From assembly GCF_965279055.1 (NCBI RefSeq), contig NZ_OZ257125.1, positions 4,271,322-4,335,321 on the forward strand: a stretch of DNA of 64,000 nt, given 5' to 3'. This document shows positions 9,827 through 20,859 of the stretch, piece after piece. The notes under the pieces are model-generated. The model saw only the letters and a list, made by a program, of their open reading frames with translations, was not told the DNA's origin and did not search any database. The stretch's first letter is position 1; every line of letters starts with the position of its first letter. The position numbers and the translations under genes are program-made. The stretch is from Hydrocarboniphaga sp. Its GTDB lineage: Bacteria; Pseudomonadota; Gammaproteobacteria; Nevskiales; Nevskiaceae.

Positions 9827-9942
9827 CCCCTCTCCCTTCGGGAGAGGGGCCAGGGGTGAGGGCGCTGCAGATACCGACCCGGCTTGAGCCGGAGATGCCC
9901 TCACCCGGCGCTCCGCGCCACCCTCTCCCGGAGGGAGAGGGG
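9827..9942. repeat. Palindromic repeat doublet, family B (CCCTCTCCC-N4-GGGAGAGGG..GGGTGAGGG)
   Basis: Two inverted arms between convergent genes; second arm nearly the reverse complement of 52254-52299. Confidence 0.85.
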
Positions 9943-9952
9943 AACAGCAGCG

Positions 9953-10978
9953 TCAGTGCTCGATCACGACCTTGCCGAAAGCCTCGCCGCTGGCCATGCG
10001 CGTGTAAGCGCCGAGCGCGTCGTCGAAACCAAAGCGGCTGTCGATGACCGGCCGCAGCTGGCGGTTGGCGATGAAGCGCAGAAGCGCCTCGGTGTCCGCG
10101 CGGCTGCCGACCTGCACCGCGCGCACCGTCAGATCGTTGAGCAGAATCGGCATCAGGCTGCCGCCCGGATCGACGAAGCCGGAAATCAGGCCGACGATGG
10201 CGACGCGCGCATGCCAGGCCGCCGCGCCCAGCGACTGCACGTAGCTCGCGCCGCCGCCGTTCTCGACGATCACGTCGACGCCCTTGCCGGCGCTGAGCGC
10301 GCGCACCTGCTGCGGCCAGTCCGCATCGCGGTAATTGACCACCGCGTCGGCGCCGAGCTGACGCAGGCGCTCCGCGCGCGCGTCGCTGGACGTGCTCAGG
10401 ATCACGCGCGCGCCGGCCGCCTTGGCCAGTTGCAGAGCGAACAGCGACACGCTGCCGCTGCCCAGGCTCAGCACGGTTTCGCCGGGCTGCAGCGCGCTTT
10501 TGACGAACAGCGCCGACCAGGCCGTGACCGCGGCGCAGGGCAGCGTCGCGGCCTCGGCGAAACTCAGGTGCGCCGGAAAACGCAGCACGCCGCTCTCAGG
10601 CAACACCGCGTATTCGCGCAGCAGGCCGTCGACATCGCTGCCCAGCGTGGTGCCGACATGCTCGGGCTGCAGCGCGCCGGCGAGCCAGCGCTGGAAGAAC
10701 GTCGCGATCACGCGGTCGCCGACCGCCACGCTGCCCACGCCCTCGCCGATTTCGACGATCTCGCCGGCACCGTCACACAGCGGCACCACGCCGGTCTGGC
10801 CGTTACGCGGCAGTGCGCCACGCGCGGCCATCAGGTCGCGCTGGTTCAGCGAATTGGCGTGGACTCGCAGCAACACTTCGCCAGGACCGGGACGCGGCAG
10901 CGGCCGCGTCGCCTGCTGCAGACCGTCCAGCGAGCCGAAGCGCTGCCAGCTCCAGCATTTCATCGTCGATGCGTTCAT
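9953..10978 (-). CDS. MDR-family NAD(P)-dependent oxidoreductase (zinc-independent, quinone-reductase-like)
   Basis: SLNQRD, PLCDGAGEIV, AATLPCAAVTAW, LGSGSVS, FGKVVI; ATG 10978 with GAGGA RBS. Confidence 0.85.
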   Translation of the reverse strand: MNASTMKCWSWQRFGSLDGLQQATRPLPRPGPGEVLLRVHANSLNQRDLMAARGALPRNGQTGVVPLCDGAGEIVEIGEGVGSVAVGDRVIATFFQRWLAGALQPEHVGTTLGSDVDGLLREYAVLPESGVLRFPAHLSFAEAATLPCAAVTAWSALFVKSALQPGETVLSLGSGSVSLFALQLAKAAGARVILSTSSDARAERLRQLGADAVVNYRDADWPQQVRALSAGKGVDVIVENGGGASYVQSLGAAAWHARVAIVGLISGFVDPGGSLMPILLNDLTVRAVQVGSRADTEALLRFIANRQLRPVIDSRFGFDDALGAYTRMASGEAFGKVVIEH

Positions 10979-11030
10979 CGTTCCTCTATCCGGCAGCACG
11001 GTCGCGTGCCTGGCTATCGTAAAACCATAA

Positions 11031-11046
11031 TCAACAGTACTGTGCG
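11031..11046. promoter_or_regulatory. Candidate operator, near match
   Basis: tcAACAgtacTGTGcg (core ACAGTACTGT is palindromic) between the divergent MDR and SDR genes. Confidence 0.5.
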
Positions 11047-11074
11047 ATTCATGGAAAAGGAACGAGGAGCTCAC

Positions 11075-11968
11075 ATGAGCCAGAGCCCGACAGAACGCGT
11101 CGCCGTCGTCACCGGCGCCAGTTCCGGCATCGGCAAGGCCGCGGCGAAGGCACTGGCACGGCGCGGCTGGCGCGTGATCGGCCTGGGTCGCGATGCCGCG
11201 CGCTGTGCGGCAGCCGAAGCCGAGCTGCGCGCCGCGGCGCCAGGCGCGCCTATCGCGATGATCCGCGTCGACCTGTCGCTGCTACGCGACGCGGCGCGGG
11301 CCGCCGACGCGATCGCGGCGCTGACCGATCGCATCGACGTGCTGATCAACAATGCCGGCGGCGTCGCCAGCGCACAGCGCATCACCGACGAAGGCAACGA
11401 GGCGACCTTCGCCAGCAACCATCTCGGGCCGTTCGTGCTGACCCATCGGCTGCTGCCGCTGCTGCGCAAGGCCGCGTCCGGCAAGCCCGCCGGCACGGTG
11501 CGCGTGCTGGCAACCTCTTCCAGCGGCCATCGCGTCTGCGCCGGCATGGACTGGCACGACCTGCAGCGCAGGCACGACTACAACAACACGGCCGCCTACA
11601 CCAGCGCCAAGCTGGCGAACATCCTGTTCACCCTGGAGCTGGCGAAACGGCTGGCCGCCGACGGCATCGTCGCCCATGCGATGGAGCCCGGCGTGGTGCT
11701 CGACAGCAACTTCGTCAACCACGCCGCCGACGATGTGCAGCGCTACATGGCGACCCAGGACAAGGTCGCGGTCAGCTCCGAGGCCGCAGCCGAGACGCTC
11801 GTGCACATGGCGGTTGCCGACGAAGCCGGCCGCGACAGCGGCGGCTATTACCATCAGTGCCAGCGGGTGGAGAGTTCGCCGGCTGCACAGGATTCGGTAG
11901 CGGCCGGACGCCTGTGGCGGGAGAGCGAGGCGCTCGCGGCGCGGGTCGGCGTCAATCTCGCAGCCTGA
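11075..11968 (+). CDS. SDR (retinol-dehydrogenase/WWOX-like subgroup)
   Basis: TGASSGIG, INNAGG, FASNHLGPF, YTSAK; ATG 11075 with GAGGAG RBS. Confidence 0.9.
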   Translation: MSQSPTERVAVVTGASSGIGKAAAKALARRGWRVIGLGRDAARCAAAEAELRAAAPGAPIAMIRVDLSLLRDAARAADAIAALTDRIDVLINNAGGVASAQRITDEGNEATFASNHLGPFVLTHRLLPLLRKAASGKPAGTVRVLATSSSGHRVCAGMDWHDLQRRHDYNNTAAYTSAKLANILFTLELAKRLAADGIVAHAMEPGVVLDSNFVNHAADDVQRYMATQDKVAVSSEAAAETLVHMAVADEAGRDSGGYYHQCQRVESSPAAQDSVAAGRLWRESEALAARVGVNLAA

Positions 11969-11989
11969 GGCGCGAGCTCACCGACCGCG

Positions 11990-12280
11990 TCACAGACCCT
12001 GGATGATCATCGCGCGGTAGTCGGCGCCCTTGAGTCTGTGCACTTTCGCCGCCTGATAGGCGGGCGATTCGTACCAGGCCCGGGCGTCTTCGGCTGTGGG
12101 GAACTGCAGTAGCACGGCGCCGTCCGGCGCCTCGCCTTCGAGTGCTTCGATCGCGCCGTAGACCGACAGCGGCAGCAGCTTGGGATCGCGCGGGTTGCTG
12201 CGGTTCATCTCGCCATAGATCGCCATTTCGGCGGCGTCGCGTACCGGTGCTTCGCGCAGGAACAACAGGTAGGCGGGCAT
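11990..12280 (-). CDS. DUF1330-family dimeric alpha/beta-barrel protein
   Basis: MPAYL...EALEG...VLLQFPTAEDARAWYESPAYQ. Confidence 0.85.
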   Translation of the reverse strand: MPAYLLFLREAPVRDAAEMAIYGEMNRSNPRDPKLLPLSVYGAIEALEGEAPDGAVLLQFPTAEDARAWYESPAYQAAKVHRLKGADYRAMIIQGL

Positions 12281-12298
12281 CGTTTCCTCCGGTCGGGC

Positions 12299-13201
12299 TT
12301 ATGCGAAGCAATGCTCGGCCACGGCCTGCGCCTGACCGCCGCGACCGCCGAGTTCGGACAGCAGCGCCTTGAGCCGATACGTCCACAGGTGCAGCGGATG
12401 CTCCAGCGTCATGCCCATCGCGCCGAGCATCTGGTGCATTTCGTAGACCAGGCGCGTGGCCGTGTCCTGCGCGTGCAGCGCGGCCAGCGCGGCGTCGCCG
12501 GCGTCGCCGCTGGCCGCGGCCTTGCGCGTCAGGTGGCGCACGCCACCGGCGAGCACCGCGCATTCGGCCATGCGGTGGCGCAGCGCCTGGAAGCTGCCCA
12601 GCGGACGGCCGAACTGCTTGCGCACCGACAGATGCTCGACGGTGGAATCGATCGCGGCCTGGATCAGCCCGCTGGCTTCCGCAGCCAGCGCGACGCGCAG
12701 CCAGGTGCGCACGGTCGCCGCGTCGGCGTCGGACAGCGCGGTCAACTGCGGCTGGCCGATCAGCCGGCCCATCGGATACGCGAACAAGGACTCGACCGCC
12801 TCGACGTCGCCTGCCGCCGGCTGCGCCAGACTGATCTTGGATCCGTCTATGACGATCAGGGTTTTGGCGGTCGCCACGAAGCGGCCGGGACGGCCGTTTT
12901 CGACCACGGCCAGAGGCCGCGGCCATTCGCCCGGCAGCTGCGCGCGCAGCAGCATCGACAGCGCGGTTTCGGCCGCATATGCGGTGCGTGCCAGGCGCTC
13001 CACCGCCAGCGCCGCGGTCAGCGGGCCGTATTCGGGAATTTGCGCGATATCGAAATATTCGCCTTCTGCCAATTCGTTCTCGAGCGCGGTGCCGGCGAGT
13101 GCGAAGCCGTGAAACTCGGTCGGCTTGGCGTCGTATTGCGCGGCGATGCGGTCGATCGCGTCGGTCAGCGCGGTCTGGTCGGAATCGAGTGTGAAGTCCA
13201 T
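12299..13201 (-). CDS. Acyl-CoA dehydrogenase, short partner subunit
   Basis: RKQFGRPLGSFQALRH and HQMLGAMGMTLEH motifs; truncated middle domain. Confidence 0.85.
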   Translation of the reverse strand: MDFTLDSDQTALTDAIDRIAAQYDAKPTEFHGFALAGTALENELAEGEYFDIAQIPEYGPLTAALAVERLARTAYAAETALSMLLRAQLPGEWPRPLAVVENGRPGRFVATAKTLIVIDGSKISLAQPAAGDVEAVESLFAYPMGRLIGQPQLTALSDADAATVRTWLRVALAAEASGLIQAAIDSTVEHLSVRKQFGRPLGSFQALRHRMAECAVLAGGVRHLTRKAAASGDAGDAALAALHAQDTATRLVYEMHQMLGAMGMTLEHPLHLWTYRLKALLSELGGRGGQAQAVAEHCFA

Positions 13202-14337
13202 CAGCGCGGCTCCCTCGGCAGCTTCAGCAAGTCGGTGGCGATGATGTTGAGCTGGATCTCGGCAGCACCCGAGGCGATGCCCGCCACGATGGCGCGCTGG
13301 TGATGCGCCTGCAGCATCGGTTCGCCGCCGGCGAGCGCCTCGGGGCAGTGCTCGACGACGAATTCTCCGACCAGGCGTTCGGCATTGACCGTGGCGAAGC
13401 GCCCGGCGCTCGCCTCCGGGCCGGCGGTGATGCCACGCACCCGCTGGTCGATGATGTTGTAGCTGTACAGCCTTGCCGATTCGCAGGCCGCATGCGCGCG
13501 TGCCGACTGCTCGACCGCAGAGCCGCTGTAGCGGCCGGCTTTTTTCAGCCGATCGACGCTACGCCGCAGCATCAGCGAGGCCAGCGCGAAACGCGGAATG
13601 CCGACGCGCTCCAGCGACAGCGCGGTGCGCGTGATCTCCCAGGCCTGTCCCTCGCCGCCGAGCATCGCGGTCTCCGGTACTTCGACGTCGTCGAAGAACA
13701 CTTCGTGGATATCGCCCTCGCCGATCACGCTCGGGATCTGGCGCACGGTGATGCCCGGCGTTTCCATCGGCACCAGGAAAATCGAAATGCCGTTCTTGCC
13801 TGGCGAGGTACGCGCCAGCAGGAAGCAGGTGTCGGCGTAACCGGCATAAGACGTCCAGATTTTCTGGCCGTTGATGCGGTAATTCGCGCCGATTTTCTCG
13901 GCGCGCGTGCGCAGCGATGCCAGGTCCGAACCGGACTCGGGCTCGGAAAAACCCTGGCACCAGATCGTCGCGCCGCCGGCCATCGGCGGGATGTAGCGCT
14001 GCTGTTGTTCTTCGGAGCCGTGGCGCATCAGCGTCGGCCCGATCCAGTTCACGTTCATGTACTGGCCGCCGCGCGGCTCGCCGGCCATCCACATTTCCTC
14101 GGCGAGGATGAAGGCGGTCCAGGCGTCGGCGTCGCGGCCGCCCCAACGCAGCGGCCAGTGCGGCACCAGCAGGCCGGCCTGCGCGAGCTTGCGGCAGAAC
14201 ACATCGGCGAATTCGCTCTGCACTTCCGATGCCGGGCCGTGCGCGACGGTTTCCCAGTTCGGCGGCAGATGTTCGGCCAGGAAGGCGCGCACGGTCGCGC
14301 GAAATTCCAGCTGCTCCGGAGTCCAGTTGAAATCCAT
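13201..14337 (-). CDS. Acyl-CoA dehydrogenase, catalytic subunit
   Basis: WCQGFSEPESGSDLASLRT, NGQKIWTS, LSLERV; start set at ATG 14337. Confidence 0.9.
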   Translation of the reverse strand: MDFNWTPEQLEFRATVRAFLAEHLPPNWETVAHGPASEVQSEFADVFCRKLAQAGLLVPHWPLRWGGRDADAWTAFILAEEMWMAGEPRGGQYMNVNWIGPTLMRHGSEEQQQRYIPPMAGGATIWCQGFSEPESGSDLASLRTRAEKIGANYRINGQKIWTSYAGYADTCFLLARTSPGKNGISIFLVPMETPGITVRQIPSVIGEGDIHEVFFDDVEVPETAMLGGEGQAWEITRTALSLERVGIPRFALASLMLRRSVDRLKKAGRYSGSAVEQSARAHAACESARLYSYNIIDQRVRGITAGPEASAGRFATVNAERLVGEFVVEHCPEALAGGEPMLQAHHQRAIVAGIASGAAEIQLNIIATDLLKLPREPR

Positions 14338-14429
14338 CGGTGTTGTCCAACCCGGTCTGGTTATTAGAATTTCTGTACAGCCTGCGGCGGTCGGTACAGG
14401 ATATGCCGCGCTGTCGGGATCATAATATG

Positions 14430-14445
14430 TCAACAGCGTTGTTCA
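14430..14445. promoter_or_regulatory. Candidate operator RACA-N4-TGTY
   Basis: tcAACAgcgtTGTTca between the divergent ACAD and enoyl-CoA hydratase genes. Confidence 0.65.
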
Positions 14446-14561
14446 CGAGTGCCGGATTGTCTGCCGACGCATCGGGTTCGGGCCGAAGTCCGGCCGGCCA
14501 CGACAGGACCGCGGCATAATCGGGCAGCGCCCGCCCCCGAACCCTTAGCGACCCACCCTCC

Positions 14562-15368
14562 ATGACCGACTCGATTCCGACATACGGCACGCTGCTGCTG
14601 ACGCGGCAGGGACGCCGCCTGACGATTACGCTGAATCGTCCGGAGCTGCTCAACGCCTGCAATCTGGCGATGCACGAAGAGCTGGCCGAAGTGTTCGTGT
14701 TCGCCGCACGCGATCCGCATAGCGACGTCGTCGTGCTGACCGGCGCCGGCCGCGCGTTCTCCGCCGGCGGCGACATGCAGCACATCACCCGCAACGCCGC
14801 CAACCCGGAGCTGTTCGACTGGGAGGCGCGCTGCGCCAAGCGCATCGTGTTTTCGATGCTGGACCTGGACAAGCCGCTGGTGTGCCGGCTCAACGGCCAC
14901 GCGGTCGGCCTGGGCGCGACGCTGGCGCTGCTGTGCGACACGATCTACGCGGCCGACAGCGCCAAGATCGGCGATCCTCACGTCAACATCGGCCTGGTCG
15001 CCGGCGACGGCGGCGCGGCGATCTGGGCGCAGCGCATCGGCCTAGGCCGCGCCAAGGAGTACCTGATGACCGGCGAGCTGCTGACCGCGGCCAAGGCGGA
15101 GGCGATCGGCCTGGTCAACCGCAGCGTGCCGGCGGCCGAACTCGACGCCGTGGTCGACGCGCATTGCGACCGGCTGCTGGCGACGTCGACCAATGCGCTG
15201 CGCTGGACCAAGGTGCTGATGAACCTGGAGCTGAAGCGCATCGCCCACGCGGTGCTCGACGCCGGCGTCGCCTACGAATCCTTGAGCGTGCGCTCGCCGG
15301 AGCACCGCGCCGCGGTGCAGGCGCTGGTCGACAAGCAGGCGGCGGCTTCGAGCAGGAAGCCGGGTTAA
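14562..15368 (+). CDS. Enoyl-CoA hydratase/isomerase
   Basis: LTGAGRAFSAGGD, NGHAVGLG, GLVAGDGG. Confidence 0.9.
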   Translation: MTDSIPTYGTLLLTRQGRRLTITLNRPELLNACNLAMHEELAEVFVFAARDPHSDVVVLTGAGRAFSAGGDMQHITRNAANPELFDWEARCAKRIVFSMLDLDKPLVCRLNGHAVGLGATLALLCDTIYAADSAKIGDPHVNIGLVAGDGGAAIWAQRIGLGRAKEYLMTGELLTAAKAEAIGLVNRSVPAAELDAVVDAHCDRLLATSTNALRWTKVLMNLELKRIAHAVLDAGVAYESLSVRSPEHRAAVQALVDKQAAASSRKPG

Positions 15369-15396
15369 CAGCAGCAATCGGAAGCTGGCACCCCTG

Positions 15397-15494
15397 CGTT
15401 CCTTCCGAGTAGCGGGCGTGCCCGCGTATCGAGGGACACAAGGGTGATCAAGTCTCTCGATACGCCGCAAGCGGCTACTCGGGACGAACGGGGG
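15397..15494. repeat. REP doublet, family A
   Basis: CGTTCCTTCCGAGTAGC..CGTATCGAGGGA...CTCGATACG..GGCTACTCGGGACGAACGG. Confidence 0.85.
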
Positions 15495-15535
15495 TGGTCG
15501 TGTGCTTTTCCAATCACAAGACCAGGACCCGCTAA

Positions 15536-15551
15536 GCAACACTGCTGTTTC
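15536..15551. promoter_or_regulatory. Candidate operator RACA-N4-TGTY
   Basis: gcAACActgcTGTTtc upstream of mmsA. Confidence 0.55.
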
Positions 15552-15607
15552 TTATCCGACGACGCCACGGGTTAATATGGCGCCCCACCAAGCGACACAA
15601 GACTGCC

Positions 15608-17122
<1,515 letters not shown>

Positions 17123-17129
17123 CGAGCAC

Positions 17130-17168
17130 AAAAAAGCGCGGGCCGGTTGTTCGGCTCCGCGCTTTTTT
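17130..17168. terminator. Bidirectional rho-independent terminator
   Basis: AAAAAAGCGCGG...CCGCGCTTTTTT between convergent mmsA and lipoyl genes. Confidence 0.85.
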
Positions 17169-17200
17169 ATTGCCTGAACTACTGCACGGCGTCCTGGCCT

Positions 17201-17280
17201 GTCATTCCCGCGAAGGCGGGAATCCAGTGCTTCGAGAGCCGCGCCAGGCGTCCCTGGATTCCCGCCTTCGCGGGAATGAC
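17201..17280. repeat. Palindromic element, family C
   Basis: Perfect 27-bp IR GTCATTCCCGCGAAGGCGGGAATCCAG (17201-17227) / CTGGATTCCCGCCTTCGCGGGAATGAC (17254-17280). Confidence 0.9.
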
Positions 17281-17289
17281 GGCGTCGCC

Positions 17290-17520
17290 TTAAACGATCT
17301 CGCCGATCACGGTGCCGACGTCGAGCACGTCGCCGGCGGGGAGTTTCTGCACCAGCTTGCCGGACGCAGGGGCTGCGATCTCCTGCACCGACTTGCCGGT
17401 TTCCAGCGAGTAGATCGGATCGCCTTCCTTGACCTGGGTGCCGTCGGCGACCAGCCATTCGGTCAGCGTGCCCTCGGTCATGGACATTTCGAGTTTCGGA
17501 ATCGTCAGTACAGTCGCCAT
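17290..17520 (-). CDS. Stand-alone lipoyl-carrier domain
   Basis: 76 aa: IPKLEMSMTEGTLTEWLVADGTQVKEGDPIYSLETGKSVQEI; lipoyl-Lys hairpin ETGKS. Confidence 0.9.
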   Translation of the reverse strand: MATVLTIPKLEMSMTEGTLTEWLVADGTQVKEGDPIYSLETGKSVQEIAAPASGKLVQKLPAGDVLDVGTVIGEIV

Positions 17521-17548
17521 CTCGTTTGCGTTCCTTGACTAGCCTGAA

Positions 17549-19588
17549 TTAGTGCTTGAAAGCGACGATTTGCCGCACGCGCGCCGCGATGTCCTTGGCG
17601 TACGGAATCTGGTTGAACTCGACTTCGCGCGAATAGCCGATAGGCGCGAACACCGCGCCCAGGCGGCCCACCGGCGCCTTCAGCGTGGAGAACTGTTCTT
17701 CGCCGATCGTGCTGGCGATTTCGGCGCCGAAGCCGCCGAACTCGGTGGCCGCGTGCACCACCAGTGCACGCCGCGTCTTCTTCACCGAATCCAGTACGCG
17801 CGCATAGTCTATCGGCACCAGACTGCGCAGGTCGACGACCTCGCAGCTGATGCCCTCGTTCTGCAACTCGGTCGCGGCGGCCAGGCATTCGTGCACTTCC
17901 CAGCCGTAGGACACCAGCGTGATATCGCTGCCTTCGCGACGCACTTTGGCCACGCCCAGCGGGATGCGGTAGTCCTCGACCGGCACGTCGCCCTTGCTGC
18001 CGCGCAGCAGCTTGATCGATTCGAGGAAGATGACCGGATCCTCGTCGAAGATGCTGCTCAGCAGCAGGCCCTTGGCGTCGAACGGCGTGCTCGGCATGAC
18101 CACCTTCAGGCCTGGCACATGCGTGAACCAGGCTTCGAGCGACTGCGAATGCTGGGCGCCATTTCCGCCGAGGCCGCCGCCGACCATCATGCGGATCACC
18201 ATCGGCACGTGGGTCGCGCCGCCGGACATGAAACGCTGCTTGGCCGCGTGATTGAAGATCGGGTCCATGCAAACGCCGGCGAAGTCGTTGAACATGATCT
18301 CCGCGATCGGCCGCATGCCGACCAGCGCGGCACCGACGCCGCAACCGATGATCGCCTGCTCGGCGATCGGCGTATCCAGCACGCGGTCGGCACCGTACTT
18401 GGCCTGCAGGCCCTTGGACGTACCGAATACGCCACCCGGCTTGCCGACATCCTCACCGAACGAGAACACGCCCTTGTCCAGCTCGATCGCGGTGGCCTGC
18501 GCCTGGATCACCGCCTCCAGCATCAGCATGTTCTTGGTTTCGCCGGTCGGCTCGACCTCCGCCTCGCGCCGCGGATACTGGCCGCGGACCGGCACGTTGC
18601 CGACGTCGGCATAGACGTCGAGCAGCATCTCTTCTTTCGGGCACGACGGAGACGCCATCGCCTTGGCCATCGCGGCCTCCACTTCGGCGCGCGCGGCCTC
18701 TTCGATCTCGGCCAGCTGGGCTTCGGTGGCGGCGCCGGACTCGATCAGCAGCGCGCGGGTGCGCGGCACCGGCCAGGCCTCCTTGCCCGCGAGCAATTCT
18801 TCTTTCGGCGCGTTGTGATTGTCGCCGATGCCGGCATGCGGGCCGAGGCGATAGGTAGTGGCTTCGACGAAGATCGGGCCGTTGCCGGCGCGAATCTCCG
18901 CTATGACGTCCTTCATGCCGTTGTAGAACGCGGCCGGATCGTTGCCGTCGAGTTTCACGCCCTTGAAGCCGTAACCGGCGGCACGCGAGGCGAGGTCCTT
19001 GCTGGCGGTGTAGCCGGCGTACGGGGTGTATTCGCCCCACTGGTTGTTCTGGCACAGGAAGATCACCGGCAGCTTCCAGCTGCCGGCGAAGTTCATCGCT
19101 TCGTGCACGGCGCCGATGCTGGTGGCGCCGTCACCGAAATTGACGATGGTCACGCGATCTTCGCCGCGCGATTTGGCGGCGAAGGCCAGGCCGTTGGCGA
19201 TCGGTGCGCCAGCGCCGACGATGGCCGTCGTGAGCATCGAGCCCGAGGCCGGGTCGGAAATATGCGGCGCGCCGCCCTTGCCCTTGTTGACGCCGCCGAC
19301 GCGGGCCAGGGCTTCGGAGAACAGGCCTTCGAGATCCAGACCCTTGGCCACCTGGTCGTGGATGCCGCGATAGGTGGTCACCATGTAGTCGCGCTTGCTG
19401 GTCAGCTGCGAAATCGTCGCCGGGATCACTTCCTGACCCGTTGCCGGCCAGTAGGCAAACAGAAATTTGCCGGCCGACAGCCCTGCCTGGATGCCCTTGT
19501 CGACGGCGCGGATGCGCGCCATCTGGCGATAGATTTCGACCAGGGTCGCCGAATCGATAGCCGCGCCACTTCCGGTTTTAACTTGCAT
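17549..19588 (-). CDS. Fused E1alpha-E1beta ThDP-dependent 2-oxoacid/acetoin dehydrogenase
   Basis: GDGATS...QNNQW ThDP motif, then E1beta GEDVG, DTPIAEQ, HSQSLEAW, VVDLRSLVP; ATG 19588. Confidence 0.9.
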   Translation of the reverse strand: MQVKTGSGAAIDSATLVEIYRQMARIRAVDKGIQAGLSAGKFLFAYWPATGQEVIPATISQLTSKRDYMVTTYRGIHDQVAKGLDLEGLFSEALARVGGVNKGKGGAPHISDPASGSMLTTAIVGAGAPIANGLAFAAKSRGEDRVTIVNFGDGATSIGAVHEAMNFAGSWKLPVIFLCQNNQWGEYTPYAGYTASKDLASRAAGYGFKGVKLDGNDPAAFYNGMKDVIAEIRAGNGPIFVEATTYRLGPHAGIGDNHNAPKEELLAGKEAWPVPRTRALLIESGAATEAQLAEIEEAARAEVEAAMAKAMASPSCPKEEMLLDVYADVGNVPVRGQYPRREAEVEPTGETKNMLMLEAVIQAQATAIELDKGVFSFGEDVGKPGGVFGTSKGLQAKYGADRVLDTPIAEQAIIGCGVGAALVGMRPIAEIMFNDFAGVCMDPIFNHAAKQRFMSGGATHVPMVIRMMVGGGLGGNGAQHSQSLEAWFTHVPGLKVVMPSTPFDAKGLLLSSIFDEDPVIFLESIKLLRGSKGDVPVEDYRIPLGVAKVRREGSDITLVSYGWEVHECLAAATELQNEGISCEVVDLRSLVPIDYARVLDSVKKTRRALVVHAATEFGGFGAEIASTIGEEQFSTLKAPVGRLGAVFAPIGYSREVEFNQIPYAKDIAARVRQIVAFKH

Positions 19589-19671
19589 GCTCTCGTCCTG
19601 ATTCGTTTCGTTGGTCGGTGCGTCGATTCCGTAAGCCCGTGCAGCGCCCTGATCGATCGCCCGCCCTGAAG

Positions 19672-19687
19672 TCAACAGTGTAGTTCA
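19672..19687. promoter_or_regulatory. Candidate operator, near match
   Basis: tcAACAgtgtAGTTca in the gap upstream of the fused E1. Confidence 0.45.
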
Positions 19688-19715
19688 ATAGGCCCGGCAA
19701 AGCTGCGGCAGCGCC

Positions 19716-20474
19716 TCAGCTGAACTCGAAGGCCTCGAGCTGCTCGGCGAACGCCCGGGTAAACCGCGCTGCGTCGGCGCCGTTGATCACGCGGTGGTCG
19801 TAGCTCAGCGACAGCGGCAGCAGCTGGCGCAGCACCGGCCGGCCCTCGGCGTCCGGCAGGAAGCGATCCTGGGCGCGGGTGATGCCGAGGATCGCCACCT
19901 CCGGCGCATTGATGATGGGCGAGAAACTGGTGCCGCCGATATGGCCGAGCGAGGACAGCGAAAAACAGCCGCCGGACATCTCCGCGATCGACAGGCCCTT
20001 GGTCCGCGCCTTCTCGGACACGCGCGTCACTTCCTCGACGATCTCGCCGATGCTCTTCTTGTCGGCATCGCGCACCACCGGCACCAGCAGGCCGGTCGGC
20101 ACGTCGACGGCGATACCGATGTGGTAGTACTTTTTCGAGTAGATCGTGGCGCCGTCGGCACTCAGCGAACTGTTGAACACCGGGAAGCGCTGCAGGCAGG
20201 CCACCGCGGCCTTGATCATCGCCGGCAGCAGGGTGCGCTTGGCATCCGGATGCGCCGCGTTCCAGGCCTTGCGCCGCTTTTCGAAACCGGTGATGTCGGC
20301 CTCGTCGTTGTGCGTCACATGCGGAATCGTGCTCCAGTTGCGCTGCATCACGCGGCCGACGTAGTGCTGGATCTTGCCGACCGGGCGCGCCTCGACCGGG
20401 CCGAAAACCGACAGGTCGTCGGCCGGCCAGGGCAAGGGCGCGAGCGGCGCGGCAGGCGGTTTGGTGTCACTCAT
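19716..20474 (-). CDS. Dihydrolipoamide acyltransferase (E2), catalytic domain only
   Basis: IPHVT, IGIAVD, FSLSSLG, PIINAPEVAILG, LSLSYDHRVINGA; no lipoyl or PSBD domain. Confidence 0.9.
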   Translation of the reverse strand: MSDTKPPAAPLAPLPWPADDLSVFGPVEARPVGKIQHYVGRVMQRNWSTIPHVTHNDEADITGFEKRRKAWNAAHPDAKRTLLPAMIKAAVACLQRFPVFNSSLSADGATIYSKKYYHIGIAVDVPTGLLVPVVRDADKKSIGEIVEEVTRVSEKARTKGLSIAEMSGGCFSLSSLGHIGGTSFSPIINAPEVAILGITRAQDRFLPDAEGRPVLRQLLPLSLSYDHRVINGADAARFTRAFAEQLEAFEFS

Positions 20475-20854
20475 GTCTTGGTCTCTATGTTTGACAGGCG
20501 ATCGGGCGAGGCGGCGCTCGCGGCATCCATTTGCAGCACTTCCCAGAACACCGGCTGCGCGTCGCTGACCGCGGCGCTGCGCGGCATGCGCCCGCTGATC
20601 ACGCGCGCATTCATCTCGTCGATGAAGCCCTGCAGGTCATCGGTCTGGACTTCGAACACGGCGACGTAGCGATGCGCGTCCGGCGCCGGCCGCACCTGCG
20701 TCGCCGCCACCGCGCCGCGACGCCCCCAGATCACGCCCGGCAGCGCCATGATGTCGTCGAAGTGCCGGGCGATGAAGTCGCGATATTCCGCGTCCAGCCC
20801 CGGCGCCGCGTTGCTGTGAACCATGAACAGGTAACGGGACATGCGCGGCGACAT
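20471..20854 (-). CDS. EthD-like small alpha/beta-barrel hypothetical protein
   Basis: YLFMVHSNAAPGLDAEY...HFDDIMALPGV...RYVAVFEV; start 20854 or 20842. Confidence 0.65.
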   Translation of the reverse strand: MSPRMSRYLFMVHSNAAPGLDAEYRDFIARHFDDIMALPGVIWGRRGAVAATQVRPAPDAHRYVAVFEVQTDDLQGFIDEMNARVISGRMPRSAAVSDAQPVFWEVLQMDAASAASPDRLSNIETKT

Positions 20855-20859
20855 CGCGA

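Noticed and set aside
9884-11968. 694-aa ORF that looks like a large SDR fusion
   Set aside because: The N-terminal part is the antisense shadow of the MDR gene plus a repeat. The real SDR starts at 11075 with its own RBS.
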